From Wallemia ichthyophaga EXF-994 (taxonomy: Eukaryota; Fungi; Basidiomycota), in contig NW_008806280.1 in NCBI RefSeq assembly GCF_000400465.1, positions 206,001 to 268,000 on the forward strand: a stretch of 62,000 nucleotides of DNA, written 5' to 3'. The notes beneath the pieces are model-generated. The model ran no database searches. It was not told the DNA's origin and was given only the letters and a program-made list of their open reading frames with translations. Position 1 is the first letter of the stretch. Every line of letters starts with the position of its first letter. Positions 1 through 12,387 of the stretch are shown here, in pieces. Both the position numbers and the translations under genes were made by a program.

Positions 1-1462
1 ATGTCGCAAAATCCTCACTGGCACTTTCATAATCCGACACATTTGCCTCGTGGACTTCACTGGCAGGTTTGCTATTGGCTGCGTTGGCTGCTACTGAAGC
101 GTCCAAGGAACGATCAGAACTGAAGTCGAATTTCTTGAAGTCTTGAGAATCTTGAGAGACAATAGAGCCATTCTGCGCATCGGAATTTTCTTGAGCTCTT
201 TCAGAAGCGTTTTGACCCAGCTTGCTAAATCTAGACATGGCCGTAACTGCTCTAATAGCGCTTCTCCATCTAAGATACCAGTCAGACGAGCTTTGGATCA
301 CAAAGATCTGCATACTTCTCGCGACTGTTGAATGCATCCCGCAAACCTTCACTCACATCGTGTTCAGAGAGATTTTGATCTTTGAACCACTGGAAATGTT
401 AGATGGATCAGGAAGGAAGGAATGTAAATACCTGGTGGTTGAGCGCTTGCTCAGCTGTGAGTCTTTTGGATGGGTCGGGTTGCAACAGAGCTTTAACAAA
501 GTCCTTTGCTGGAGTGGAGTTAGAGTGCACGGAGATGAGGTTGTGACTCACCATGATCGCTGACTTTAGACCAGTATCTTTCGTGGAACTCAATCTTTCC
601 TCTGTTAGTTTCTTTAATCAACTCACTCAGTTCTTCAGAACGGAAGGGAGAGTAACCACATAATAAGACATAAGTGACGACACCGATGGCCCAGAGGTCA
701 ACAGGCTTACTGTGAGCATCGTTGTTGAGTATCTCTGGAGCAGCATAACCGACAGAGCCAGCAAGTGAGGTAATTTGAGCGTTATGACTGTCTAAACGCT
801 GAGAAATACCAAAATCGGCAATAACAACGCCAGAGCCAGCATCTTTACTTTTGTAGAGAATATTTTCAGGTTTTATATCGCGATGCACGACATTATTTGA
901 GTGCATATATGCAGTAGCATCGACAATAGACATGATAACGGTCGCAGCGTTTTTCTCCTGGGATGGAGAGTTAGGGGAATTGAAAGACAAGTCAAATAAA
1001 GCAATACTCACGGTAAACCTTCCCTTACGAGCGATTCTATCAAATAGCTCACCGCCAGTGGCAAGTTGGAAACTGAGGTACCAAGTGTCTCTCGATTCAT
1101 ACCACTCGTAGAAAGAAACGATATTGGGATGATTAAGATGTTTGAGTAGATTAGTCTCATCAAATATGGCACTCTCATTCCCCTGAGCCTTTTTCTTGGA
1201 AATCACTTTAACGGCAACGTCCTGCTTTCCATCTGGATGGTTATCCCACTCGGCTCGTACGACCTATAACGATTAGATAGACAGATATAAAAACACCAGC
1301 CCCACCTTTCCAAATGCACCTTCTCCTAACTGTGCGTGTGTGTGTCTGTGTAAGCTGTGTTTCGGTGGCAGCGTATTTCCTCACAACTTCACCAAAATTG
1401 TAGCTCTTCTTCTTGTAATAAGATTCTGGTTGTGGCAGCAATGTGTCCCTTAAAAAACCCAT
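1..1462 (-). CDS. CMK1: Ca2+/calmodulin-dependent protein kinase (CaMKI/Cmk1-like), multi-exon; 3' end runs off the window
   Basis: Spliced translation gives GEGAFGKV, VAVKVISKK, ATGGELFDRI, HRDIKPEN, IADFG, GSVGYAAPE and DLWAIGV. A C-terminal RWRSAIRAVTAMSRF segment resembles a CaM-binding helix. ATG at 1462. Confidence 0.9.
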
Positions 1463-1530
1463 AAATCCAAGACCGTGATAAGCGTGATGGCCGTGTGTGT
1501 TGAACCTTGGCTGCGCTACATCATCATCTT

Positions 1531-2736
1531 ATGAGCAGCGACAGCGACAATAGCGCAAACGATTTTGTTGGGAAACGTAAATCACCACCAGTGGATTCTC
1601 AGGAAATCCAAAACTCAGCAAAACGCCCAAACGATTCTGTTGGGAAGCGTAAATCACCACCCGTGGATTCTCAGGAAATCCAAAACTCAGCAAAACGCCC
1701 AAGAGTAGAACCTATGGATACCATTAAGATGGAGAAGAACATGTTTGGTCTTGATCCGAGCGATGAATTCATTAAAGAGATTTCCGATTGGATTTGGTTA
1801 AAGACCAAGAATTGCAAGCATAAAGTTGAGGTTGGTGGGCTTAGAATCACGTAGATATAGCTGAGACGGCTTGATTAGGTGGAGGCCAAAGTTGGACGAT
1901 TTTTAGATCAAAGTGCGCAGAGAGCAGGATTGCCTGTCGCAGTAGAGACCATTCTCTCTAATACAGACGGTTTAAAGTTTGAGTCGAATATGACAGAGGT
2001 GTGTTTATCTCACATGCTATATTCCATTCAATTGCACTCCTCACACAGAATCAGGCTCAACATAAGCATTACAATGGAATTCTCAATAAACGCGCATCGC
2101 AACTAAATCAAAACTTGCGTAGTAAAATAGACTGTGTCCACAATAAAGAGATAGACTCATTTCATTCGTCCGGTCGTGGCTCAGGTAAGGTTCGTGTAAC
2201 TAGAGATCAGGGCAAGACGGATATCAAAGAAATGATTGAAAAGGTGCGCGTAGCAGATTTGGCTATTTACTCACCCAAGAGGCTCTTCGATTGGAGGTTA
2301 AGCATAAACATGGAAGTGCCGCGTATGTTTAACCTAATTAATCCTCTGAGGAAGCCATGACACCATGTTTAGATAACGACCTGCCGAAACAAGACCCTTA
2401 TTATCAACGGAAAAAAGATAGAATGAGCTACACACAGCAGGAGATGCAAGTCGACCTAACGCAAGTATTTGCGAGGCCCGGTGAAGTGAGTCGGAGTTGT
2501 TTGTACAATGCTCTCGCTGACGCTGATTACAGCCACCGACGCACGAGCTCGAGCTTGAGATACGTAGGCCTAAATTTCTCATGGAAGAAGGCAAAAAACG
2601 CGAGCGAGGATTACCAAACATGTGTAAGCTCTATCGCACGCGTTTGTAATGACGTAAACTAAGAAAAATCCAAGACGACGAGTTAATCAAAGTATTTGTG
2701 AGCAACATAAGGATGCTTGTTAGGAATGGGATTTGA
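1531..2736 (+). CDS. CET1: mRNA 5'-triphosphatase (capping enzyme beta chain, CYTH/TTM fold), multi-exon
   Basis: Motifs EVEAKVG, FESNMTE, HKHYNGILN, VRVTRDQ, IEKVRVADLAIYSP, DWRLSINMEVP, RKKDRMSY, QVDLTQV, HELELEI and IRMLVR are typical of fungal Cet1. Confidence 0.88.
1558..1701 (+). repeat. 72-bp tandem duplication (2 copies) in the CET1 N-terminus
   Basis: ND(F/S)VGKRKSPPVDSQEIQNSAKRP is encoded twice; units are 1558-1629 and 1630-1701, with few substitutions. Confidence 0.95.
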
Positions 2737-3060
2737 ATTTATCTTGATGTAGCAAATATATTTTCTAACTCACGTAAAAAATTCACATTATTAAGTTGAG
2801 AACGCGTCTCAAAACCATCTTCATCATTATCAATCAACGGCATTTATCCAAGATAAAATAAATGTGAGTGAATTGATATATTCACGCGTATAATTACTCA
2901 CAGTATCTTACCAGCTAATTTCATATCGCCACGATGTCCGGAATGACAGTACGTCGATTGACGCGTCCAGCGTTCTTGACTAACATATGCACAAGGTTTT
3001 TAAGCGCGACGGCCGTAAAGAAAGCGTAGCCTTTGATAAGTGGGTTTTTCTAACACGCGT
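2638..3060. promoter_or_regulatory. Cluster of five MCB (ACGCGT) elements around the RNR1 start
   Basis: ACGCGT at 2638, 2802, 2884, 2961 (RNR1 intron 1) and 3055 (intron 2). RNR1 is a canonical MBF target in yeasts. Confidence 0.65.
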
Positions 3061-5814
3061 AACCGTCTCTAAACGTGATTTTCAGAATCACAGCGAGAAT
3101 CAATAAGCTTTGCTATGGACTTGATTCAAATCACGTAGACCCAATTGAGATTACAAAGAAGGTCGTACAAGGTGTTCACCAGGGCATCACCACCGTCGAG
3201 CTCGACAATTTAGCTGCCGAAACGGCTGCATACCTCACTGTAAAAGTAGGTTGGTCACTGTACAATCATATACCCACGAATCTCACATCCATCACTAGCA
3301 CCCTGATTACGCTGTACTCGCAGCTAGAATAGCCATTTCAAACTTACACAAGGAAACCAAGAAGGCTTTTTCGGCTGTTATCGAAGATCTCTACAAATAT
3401 GTAAATCCAAGAAATGGCAAGCCAGGTCCACTTATTAGCGACGAGACGTATGATATAATAATGAAAAACCGCGGCGTACTTGACTCTGCTATCCTCTACG
3501 ATCGCGATTTTAACTACAATTTGTGAGTTGGGTTTTGTGCATACTAGCATCCTAACATTCTCATAGCTTTGGTTTTAAGACTCTTGAAAGATCATACCTT
3601 CTTCGTATAAATGGCAAGGTCGCAGAGCGTCCACAGCACATGTTGATGCGTGTAGCAGTTGGAATCCACGGTGCAGACATCGAGCGCGTTATCGAAACTT
3701 ATAACCTTATGTCAATCAAGGCATTTACGCACGCCAGTCCAACCCTCTTCAATGCTGGTACACCACAGCCTCAAATGTCCTCGTGCTTCTTGGTTACTAT
3801 GCAAGACGACTCCATTGAAGGCATTTACGATACTCTCAAGTCTTGTGCCCTTATTTCAAAGACTGCAGGTGGTATCGGTTTAAACATACACTGCATTCGT
3901 GCAACCGGATCTTACATTTCTGGTACTAATGGTTCTTCAAATGGTATCGTACCAATGCTCAGAGCATTTGATGCAACAGCACGTTACGTTGATCAAGGTG
4001 GTAATAAGAGACCTGGTGCTTTTGCCATCTACCTTGAGCCATGGCACCCTGACGTCTTTGAGTTCTTGGATTTGCGTAAAAACCACGGTAAGGAAGAAGT
4101 CAGAGCCCGTGATTTATTCTATGCTTTATGGATACCAGACTTGTTCATGCAACGTGTTCAAGAGAACGGTGACTGGCCTTTGTTCTGCCCACACGAAGCA
4201 CCTGGCTTACATGAGGTTTGGGGTAAAGAATTTGAGCAACTCTTCTTCAAGTACGAGAGAGAAGGTAGATCAAAGAAGGTGGTCAAAGCACAAAAGCTTT
4301 GGTACTCTATTCTCGACTCACAAGTCGAGACTGGTGGTCCATTCATGTTATACAAAGATCACGCAAATGCCAAGTCTAACCAACAAAACCTTGGTACAAT
4401 CAAGAACTCAAACTTGTGCACAGAGATTATTGAATACTCTGCGCCTGACGAAGTTGCCGTGTGTAACCTCGCTTCGATCGCTTTACCATCATACATCAAA
4501 GATCGCAGGTTCGACTTTAAGGAATTGCATAAGGTTACAAAAGTACTTACTCGCAACCTCAACCGTATCATTGATGTGAATTACTATCCAGTAAAGGAGG
4601 CTCGTAACTCTAACATGCGCCATCGTCCAATTGGTTTGGGTGTTCAAGGTCTTGCGGATGCATTCCAACTGTTAAGATTTCCTTTCAGCTCAGAAGAAGC
4701 AAGGTTACTCAACAAGCAAATATTTGAAACCATCTACCACGCTGCCGTTGAATCATCCACAGAACTTGCTACCGAATTCGGTCCATATGAGACTTATCAA
4801 GGCAGTCCAGCTAGCAAGGGACAGTTGCAATATGATTTATGGAATGTTCAACCCACTAATTTATGGGACTGGAATGATTTGAAGCAGAAGGTGGCTCGTT
4901 GTGGTTTGAGAAATTCACTTTTAGTCGCACCAATGCCAACAGCTTCAACATCACAAATATTAGGATTCAATGAGTGCTTTGAACCTTATACATCAAATAT
5001 TTACACAAGAAGAGTTTTATCTGGAGAATTCCAGATAGTAAACCCATGGCTGTTGAAGGACTTGTGTGAGTTGGGATTATGGAATGATGGTATGAAGAAC
5101 AAGATTATTGCGCACGGTGGATCAATTCAGAATATCTCAGAAATTCCATATGAGATCAAGGAACTGTACAAGACGGTTTGGGAAATAAGTCAGAAGGTTG
5201 TCATAGATTTGGCTGCTGATAGAGGGGCGTTCATTGATCAAAGTCAGAGTTTGAATGTTCATTTGGCGTCACCAACCCATGCACAGCTAACATCTATGCA
5301 TTTCTATGCTCACAAGAGAGGATTGAAGACTGGTATGTACTACTTGCGCACACGTCCACAATCAGCAGCTATTCAATTCACTGTCGACAAGGAAGCATTA
5401 GATGAGGCGAAGAGTGCACAAAGTGGCAAGTCAACACCAACAAGTGCACCAACACCACCCAATATACTCAATGGAGTTGAAAGAATGAAGTTGGAGGATA
5501 AGAATAGTAGCACGCGCTCGAATGCAGCGAGAAATGTTTCAACGCCAGTAAGAGCAGCCACCATTTCAAGAGCAGTGAGTGGAATTGAGAATACGTCATC
5601 AATCAAGCGCACGCTGTCTTCTCACATTGACATTGAGAATGATGAGAACAACCAACCAAGAGGAGAAGAAATAGTGGCTGGTGAAGAAACGGAAGATGAA
5701 GATGAAATTGATTTTGAGACAGCCAAAGCGAGAATGGAAGCTAAGCAACTCGAGCAAGAGAAGCTTATTTGTAGCATTGAGAACAAGGAAGCGTGTGTGA
5801 TGTGTAGCGGATGA
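2934..5814 (+). CDS. RNR1: Ribonucleotide-diphosphate reductase large subunit
   Basis: ATP cone ([20 protein letters not shown]), [43 protein letters not shown] and a C-terminal CVMCSG. First exon MSGMT inferred at 2934. Confidence 0.98.
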
Positions 5815-5918
5815 AATTATATATTTTAACGAACTTGAATGTTAATATTTATATTTTACATTTTGTGTCTAGTATTTCCAATACGCCGGTTTAAACGTTG
5901 ATCTGTTTCAACCAAACA

Positions 5919-7064
5919 ATGCAATCGCCGCAATGGAAAATTCATGAGTGAGTTAAATTTACGGCTTTGGATGGTGATTTGATAGTACATTTGTATTTCC
6001 AGCGCCTTGGTTCAAGCCTCCTCGTCACAGCTAACGTAATACAGTTCAACATTGGCTGGCGGTGCAGCGGGCGTGGTGGCAAGCGTGCTTACATGTCCAT
6101 TAGACGTAATAAAAACTAGACTACAAGCTCAAAAGAAGTCCAAAGGACACACGCTGGATGGTGTAATTGGTTGGTTCACCAATTTTGTCGTCGGATTGCG
6201 GTATTTGGCGCTAACATTACGATTTATAGATACGGTAAAGAAAATATCTCATGAACAAGGATACAAAGGTTATTACAAAGGATTGGGTCCGACGATACTT
6301 GGCTATCTTCCAACTTGGGCCATTTACTTTACAGTTTATGACGAGGTCAAGGCTATTCTTTCAAGCAAGCGAGGTGTGTAGACTTTTATATGCTACAATG
6401 CTATTTCTTACTTAGGAATCAAGGTGACCCCGATGGAGTAGATTGGTCAACTCATATGATTGCATCTGCTAGTGCGGGCGCTACAGGCGCAACTCTCACC
6501 AACCCATTGTGGGTGGTAAAAACAAGATTCATGGTGAGATTCTTTGGTTATTTGCGGATTCATTGCTTATTCCTTGCCTAGACTCAGGAGAAGGGAACGA
6601 TACCATATAGACATACTTTACACGCTTTGGAATCCATTTATAAGAATGAAGGGATGAAAGGTTTCTATAAAGGATTGATACCGTCACTGGTCGGAGTGAC
6701 GCACGTAGTAATTCAATTCCCGGTGTACGAAAGACTCAAGTTGAAAATGAAGAAGGCTGATAATGGTGAATTATCTACTATTTCACTTCTCGCCTGCTCT
6801 TCAATATCCAAAATGATGGCATCAGTTTCGACTTATCCACACGAAGTAGTCAGGACGCGACTCCAGGTGGAGAGGAGGTATCACCACGGACTTAATAATA
6901 GAAAGATACTTACAGTCATTAATGACATTTTATCGGAATCAGGATTTAAAGGTTTGTACAAAGGACTATCGGTGACGTTACTTCGAACGGTCCCAAATAG
7001 TGCGATGACATTGTTAGCGTACGAAATGATTATGTCAGAGTTAAGCAAATCAAGGCGAAAGTAA
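5919..7064 (+). CDS. Mitochondrial carrier, NAD+/folate/pyrimidine-nucleotide transporter subgroup (Ndt1-like)
   Basis: Three carrier signatures: TCPLDVIKTRLQAQ, TNPLWVVKTRFM and YPHEVVRTRLQ; also GLGPTILGYLPTWAIYF. Confidence 0.88.
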
Positions 7065-7165
7065 TTTATACCACTTGTATTCTAATCTGTTAAATTTTAT
7101 CTGGCACATGACATAGCCCTGTGCCTAAGGATGCGGTGCACCAAACATTTTATTAACCGACAGCG

Positions 7166-7682
7166 ATGAACTTACTCAAAACACTTAGTGTAATTGGATT
7201 GATCGTAGCAGCTAGCGCTGCTCCAGCCGGCTCAGTGAGTATTGCTCGATAAAATGCGGATTGGCCACTGACATGATACAACCCAGTCAGCACAGAATGA
7301 ACATGCAGCTACCGTAGATAAGGTTAGTGGGCACCTATCAAGTGAGGTAGAGCTAAGGCTTATAAAACAATCCTCGCAGAGAGACTTTGGAGACTTTATT
7401 CAAGGCGCTGAAGATACTGGCGAAGATATAAAGGATTTCTTCACCGGAGAAAAGCGTGATTGGATGGATAAAACTTCAGACTTTTTCGACAATATTGGAG
7501 ACGCCTTCACCGGCGATGACGATAAGCAAAAGCGCGATTGGGTTGAGGACGCTTCAAATTTCTTCGATAACATTGGAGACGCCTTCACCGGCGATGACGA
7601 CAAGCAAAAGCGCGATTGGATCGACGATATCGGACAATTCAGTGAGAACGTCAAGGATATGTTCGATGGTGATGATAAGTAG
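7166..7682 (+). CDS. Secreted Kex2-processed repeat protein (KEP), 135 aa, 3 exons (7166-7234, 7287-7322, 7380-7682)
   Basis: Signal peptide MNLLKTLSVIGLIVAASAAP is followed by four KR sites, each followed by D(F/W). Clean GT..AG introns keep the frame. Confidence 0.8.
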
Positions 7683-7798
7683 AACACAACGGCGGCTTAG
7701 CGGCTTGTAAATAAATTGCACTGTAAAATCATGGGATATGACAATGCTTGGATTTGTATAATTCTTCTGGTTGAACCATCTACACGGTGCTGAGATAG

Positions 7799-9736
7799 AT
7801 GGAAAATACTGTGACAAGCCATTTCAATGTCGATAAGGAGGAATATATTAGACTTGTACTACAATCACTCAAAGACCTTGATTTATCGTGAGCACAGAAT
7901 TCCTCCTATTCTGCTATCACTGACGACCTCATTAGCAGCAGCTTCAATTGCCTATCACAAGAATCCGGCGTGGAGTTGGAATCTGATACCGTCACTCAAT
8001 TACGCTCTTCTATTTTACAAGGCAATTGGTCCACTGCCGTTCATTTAATCGATAAACTCAATGTGGACCACTATGAAGCACTGAATTCAAAGATTATTCT
8101 TAATAAGCAGCATTATCTTGAATCTTTGGAATGCGGCGATGATAAATCCGCTATTAATATCCTCCGACATTCTTTGGTTCCACTAATTCAGTCTGATCCA
8201 TGTCAAGTTCAGTTATTGTCGAGGTTGGTTTGGCTGTTTGATTTGAGCGCCATTTAACTTAGATTCTCAGTTGGCTCATGTGTAGCTCACCCGCAGAATT
8301 ACGTCAAAGAGCCCATTGGGATGGTTCAAATATGACATCACGATCAAAGCTACTCGATAGCTTACAATCTTACATAAAACCTTCAATTATGCTACCACAA
8401 AGCAGACTTTTCAATCTACTCAACCAAGCAAAGCTTTATCAATCACGTAATAACCGTTATAGCAGCATACATGACGAAAATCTAAACTTCTCTCTCTTAA
8501 ATGATTACCATCAGGACAACTCAACGTTCCCAAATTTCAACTCTCTCACTGTCAAAGCACACTTTGATGAAATCTGGCATTGTTGCTTTAGTCACAACGG
8601 TAATTATCTTGCAACGTCATCTCGTGATAAATCTGTTGTCATTTGGGAGGTTGATGTTGTTCGGCAGATCTTCAGAAAGTCTTTGACTATCTTAAATCAT
8701 GACGAAGATATAAGTGCTATCTCTTGGTCTAATGATGATACTATACTCCTCACTGCTGCGGAGGAGACTATATACATTCATCATACTGTAACTGGCAATA
8801 GTATCAACAGCTATCAAGGCGCTCATGAGCATGATGAGACTATCTCAAGCCTATTGTGGGTAAACGATGACTCTAAATTCTACTCAACCGGGCTTGATCA
8901 GAAGGTTATTGAATGGAGTCACAACGGCGCAGTGCTGCACAAGTGGAATGACCTACCCATACGCATAATGGACGCTGCTCTTACACCAGATCAGACAAAG
9001 CTTGTAGTCGCTGGTCCTGACGGTCCTCAGCCGACTGTTGGACAAGATGGCACGTTAAGTTACAATGAGGAGATGCGTCATCTAATGGTGTATGACACTG
9101 AATCAAGAACTTGTTTGTGGTAAGAATGTCTTGGTCTTTTGCTTCATGTCTTGCTTACTTTGATATATTAGGCAAGTCGAGATGAAGAATGAAATATCGT
9201 CTCTCAAAGTATCTTCTGACTCCACCAAAGTAATTGTCAACTACGCGCCTGATGAGATACAAATATGGAGTCTGACAGACCAATGTCTGCTCAAGAAGCT
9301 CTTCGGCCACAAGCAATCTAAACATGTAATTAAGTCGTCTTTTGGAGGGTTGGACGAGGGCTTTGTTTTGAGCGGTAGCGAGGGTTAGAAAGCTGCATTT
9401 GAACTGTCTTTTACTGACTCTATTTCAGATGCTGCCATCTATGTATGGCATCTTCAATCAGGAGAACTCATGGAGATACTCAAAGGACACGAGAAAGGTT
9501 GCGTAAACTCAGTAGCGTGGTCACCGACAATGCCGTTGATATGTTCTGTCGGCGATGATCGCACAATACGTATGTGGTCAACAAGGACATCTTCCAGCAA
9601 GCATACAGAGCTCAACCTGCTAGAAAACGAAGGCGATGAGGGCTCCATGCATGGTATCGAAGGTGGCGTGGAAGTTGACGATGAGGAGGTAGACGAAGCT
9701 ATCGATGAGGTCGATTATCACATAGCTGATCAGTAG
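7799..9736 (+). CDS. GID7: WDR26/GID7-like LisH-CTLH-WD40 protein (GID/CTLH E3 ligase subunit)
   Basis: LisH-like EEYIRLVLQSLKDL, CTLH-like LRSSILQGNW, LMCSSPAELRQRAHWDG, IMLPQSRLFNLL, and WD repeats (HFDEIWHCCFSHNGNYLAT, GHKQSKHVIKSSFGG, GHEKGCVNSVAWSP). Confidence 0.85.
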
Positions 9737-9939
9737 CAACTATCATCAGTTTGATTATATCCATAAATTACTTATATGCATTTGGTTTGTTGATAAATTA
9801 GATGGCCTTGTGTTCGTTACTCGTAACTTTGAGAATAAAGTCTGCTTTCAATAGTTACCCTTACTCAGTCATAAAAGTACCAAAAATTCAAAGCGATGAT
9901 AAAACTCTGTCAAAGCATTGTTAAATTTCTGAGAGCTTG

Positions 9940-12387
9940 AATATTACTTAACAGCTGTATCCCTTGGATCCTTAAATACTGGATCTGAGACTCATCTCTG
10001 TATATGATAGGGTGATTTGAATGTTAATTTAATACTATCTAAAGCGTTTTGAAGAAATCTATTGAGCTAAATACGCTCAAGGCACCTTGCAAATGACCAA
10101 GTAAGTGAGAAGTCGAATGCAAATAGGATTACTATGAACGATGTCACGCGCTTCATATATAAATAAACAAATATGTCTAGCTGATGAAGACAAGTAGCAC
10201 CCAATCAGCTCAGAATTTCGGCTGTATAAACGTGATTTACGTTCTCCGACAATTAGCGTCCACAGGATTTCATGCTGGCTCCAAGGAGACTTTATTTTTA
10301 TGACCAGTAGTGCATTTCGAAATTTCAAACAATAGGGTTTGACAGGTATTATAGACTGGATTGGAATCTTAGATGTTATGATTTTAGGAACAAATATTTT
10401 TAGATCTTAAATCACACTCACTGCATTATGTCAAATTTAGCTGGACGAGTGTAGAGCAAATTACTTAAGTTATTCATGATAAGGGCATTTGAATTCTTCT
10501 CACACAGGTACTCTGCACATAATGATATCTAAATCTCCCCACTTTGTACTACCGATGATGCTGTAAAAAATACGTCATTGAGCATGGTATTTTCGACTGT
10601 GAGAGGGGAAGCATGGTAAAAAATAATCCTGAGTGTATTAGAGCTACATTTAAGCTATCTAAGAATCTAATAGCACTCTTCAGCCTTCAAACGACGGTAT
10701 GTCCACGAAAGGAAGACGTGATATTGACGCGCTTAACTATAAGTTCAGCGTTGTAATTTGAAGGCGTACTTTTCTTTCGCTTATCAGTCACCAAAAATGC
10801 TGTCAATAATTCCAAACTCCACCTGTTCTTCCCTCCCTAACTGCCTCAATACCCGTATCTGCTGGTACCACTCCTCAGTAGTCATCGCAACTCAATAAGC
10901 TGAAACAATAATTCCTCAATAATACACTAGGAAAGCTCGCTGTCTTGTTGTATGCAAGATACGCTAGGAATTCAAGTTGCGTGATCCTCTTGTTTAGGCA
11001 GCGCAAGAATATACGTCGTCCAAATTTCAGAGACTAATGATGTCAACTCATCAAACGATACCAAGAGAACATACGATATATATCTTATTCTCTTTCCTTC
11101 TGTCAAAGTGTCATATCGCTGACTTTTCTCGTCAACGCTTTCGGTTGTGTGGTCGGATAGTCACTGGTCGCCGGACATTCATTCTGAATCGATAGTGAGT
11201 CATCGTCGGAAAACTTCATGTTCACTTTATTCCATCTGCTCATTCGCTGTACAAACCGTTCCTCAACCCAGCAGTCGAAAACTTAAAAGAATTGCAGTCT
11301 TGTTAATTACGAGATGCCACGAGCCACGCTAATTTTTAACTGTATCTTAACATCATAACTAATATAATTATAATATCTGACATTGCTTAAGTCACTAGTC
11401 TGAATCTGTTAGGTGACAAACCCAATATTAATCCCAAGCCCTTTTTATCGTCACGCTCTCTCTTCGCCGTCTCGTAAACGTCTTTTACCTTCTCCTCGTA
11501 GCCTTATCGGATAAACCTCCAGGACAGATTTCAAGCAGAACACTTTAAAGGTCACGCTATTTTTATATTACATTCTAATTAATTATTATAATGGATGTTA
11601 AATTTACTGTACAAGTCATTTCTCAAGTACAACTCTGAACCTTAACAGTGCCTTAACAAACTTTGTGATGGAATTAAATTGCTAAGATGAGTTATCGATG
11701 TGAAACAAAAACTTTTATAGAAAAGGGGTAATGGTTGCAATGGCCGGAGTCGTCAAAATCCACGTCATGGCTGTATCTTAATTAACAGAATTACCGAACC
11801 CTGCACGCTTCGAAAAAGAAGAATAAAATTGCTTAAAACGATATGCATTATCAAAATACAAAGATAATTATGCAAATATCAGAATGTAATTGGATCCGCT
11901 AGTCCAAATAATTGCGTAAGGTTAAGACAAATTGAACACAGTCCCAAAAAGGTATCCATTTGTCATTGAGTTTTCTAAGATATCTCTGATTAATACGCAC
12001 TCACTATTTATAATAGCAATTTGGTCACGATTCATAAAAACACTGGCACTGAGGAAAGGATAAGATTGAGGAGAAAAGAAAAGTGAACCAAACAGACAGC
12101 CGTTCAGCCATTTGTATGTTAAAAGTCCAGAAATCATGACATAATATTCTAAATCGCAATATCCTTGAAAAACGATAATGTACATGCTCTAGCTACGATG
12201 AAGAGTAAATAGACGTAAAAAGTAAGCCTGATAATTATTTCTGGGCATTTCCATTGCTGGAAAGCAGGTAACGTCTATGTGTTTATCGAAATCGCATTTA
12301 ACCTCCATTTGACATATGAAATGTTCACATTGATTTGATTCAAAATCATAGAGATCCGTGGGTCTGACAATTTATTCGGTTCACTTG
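9940..12387 (+). repeat. Left arm of a 2448-bp inverted repeat
   Basis: Reverse complement of 14092-16539; paired coordinates always sum to 26479. The mirrored spurious ORFs 10077-10328/16151-16402, 11147-11332/15147-15332 and 11922-12185/14294-14557 confirm there are no indels. Confidence 0.99.

Noticed and set aside
3659-4579. Long alternative-frame and antisense ORFs overlapping RNR1, dynein, TGS1, QCR2 and other genes
   Set aside because: These are shadow ORFs produced by codon bias of the real genes; they show no independent motifs.
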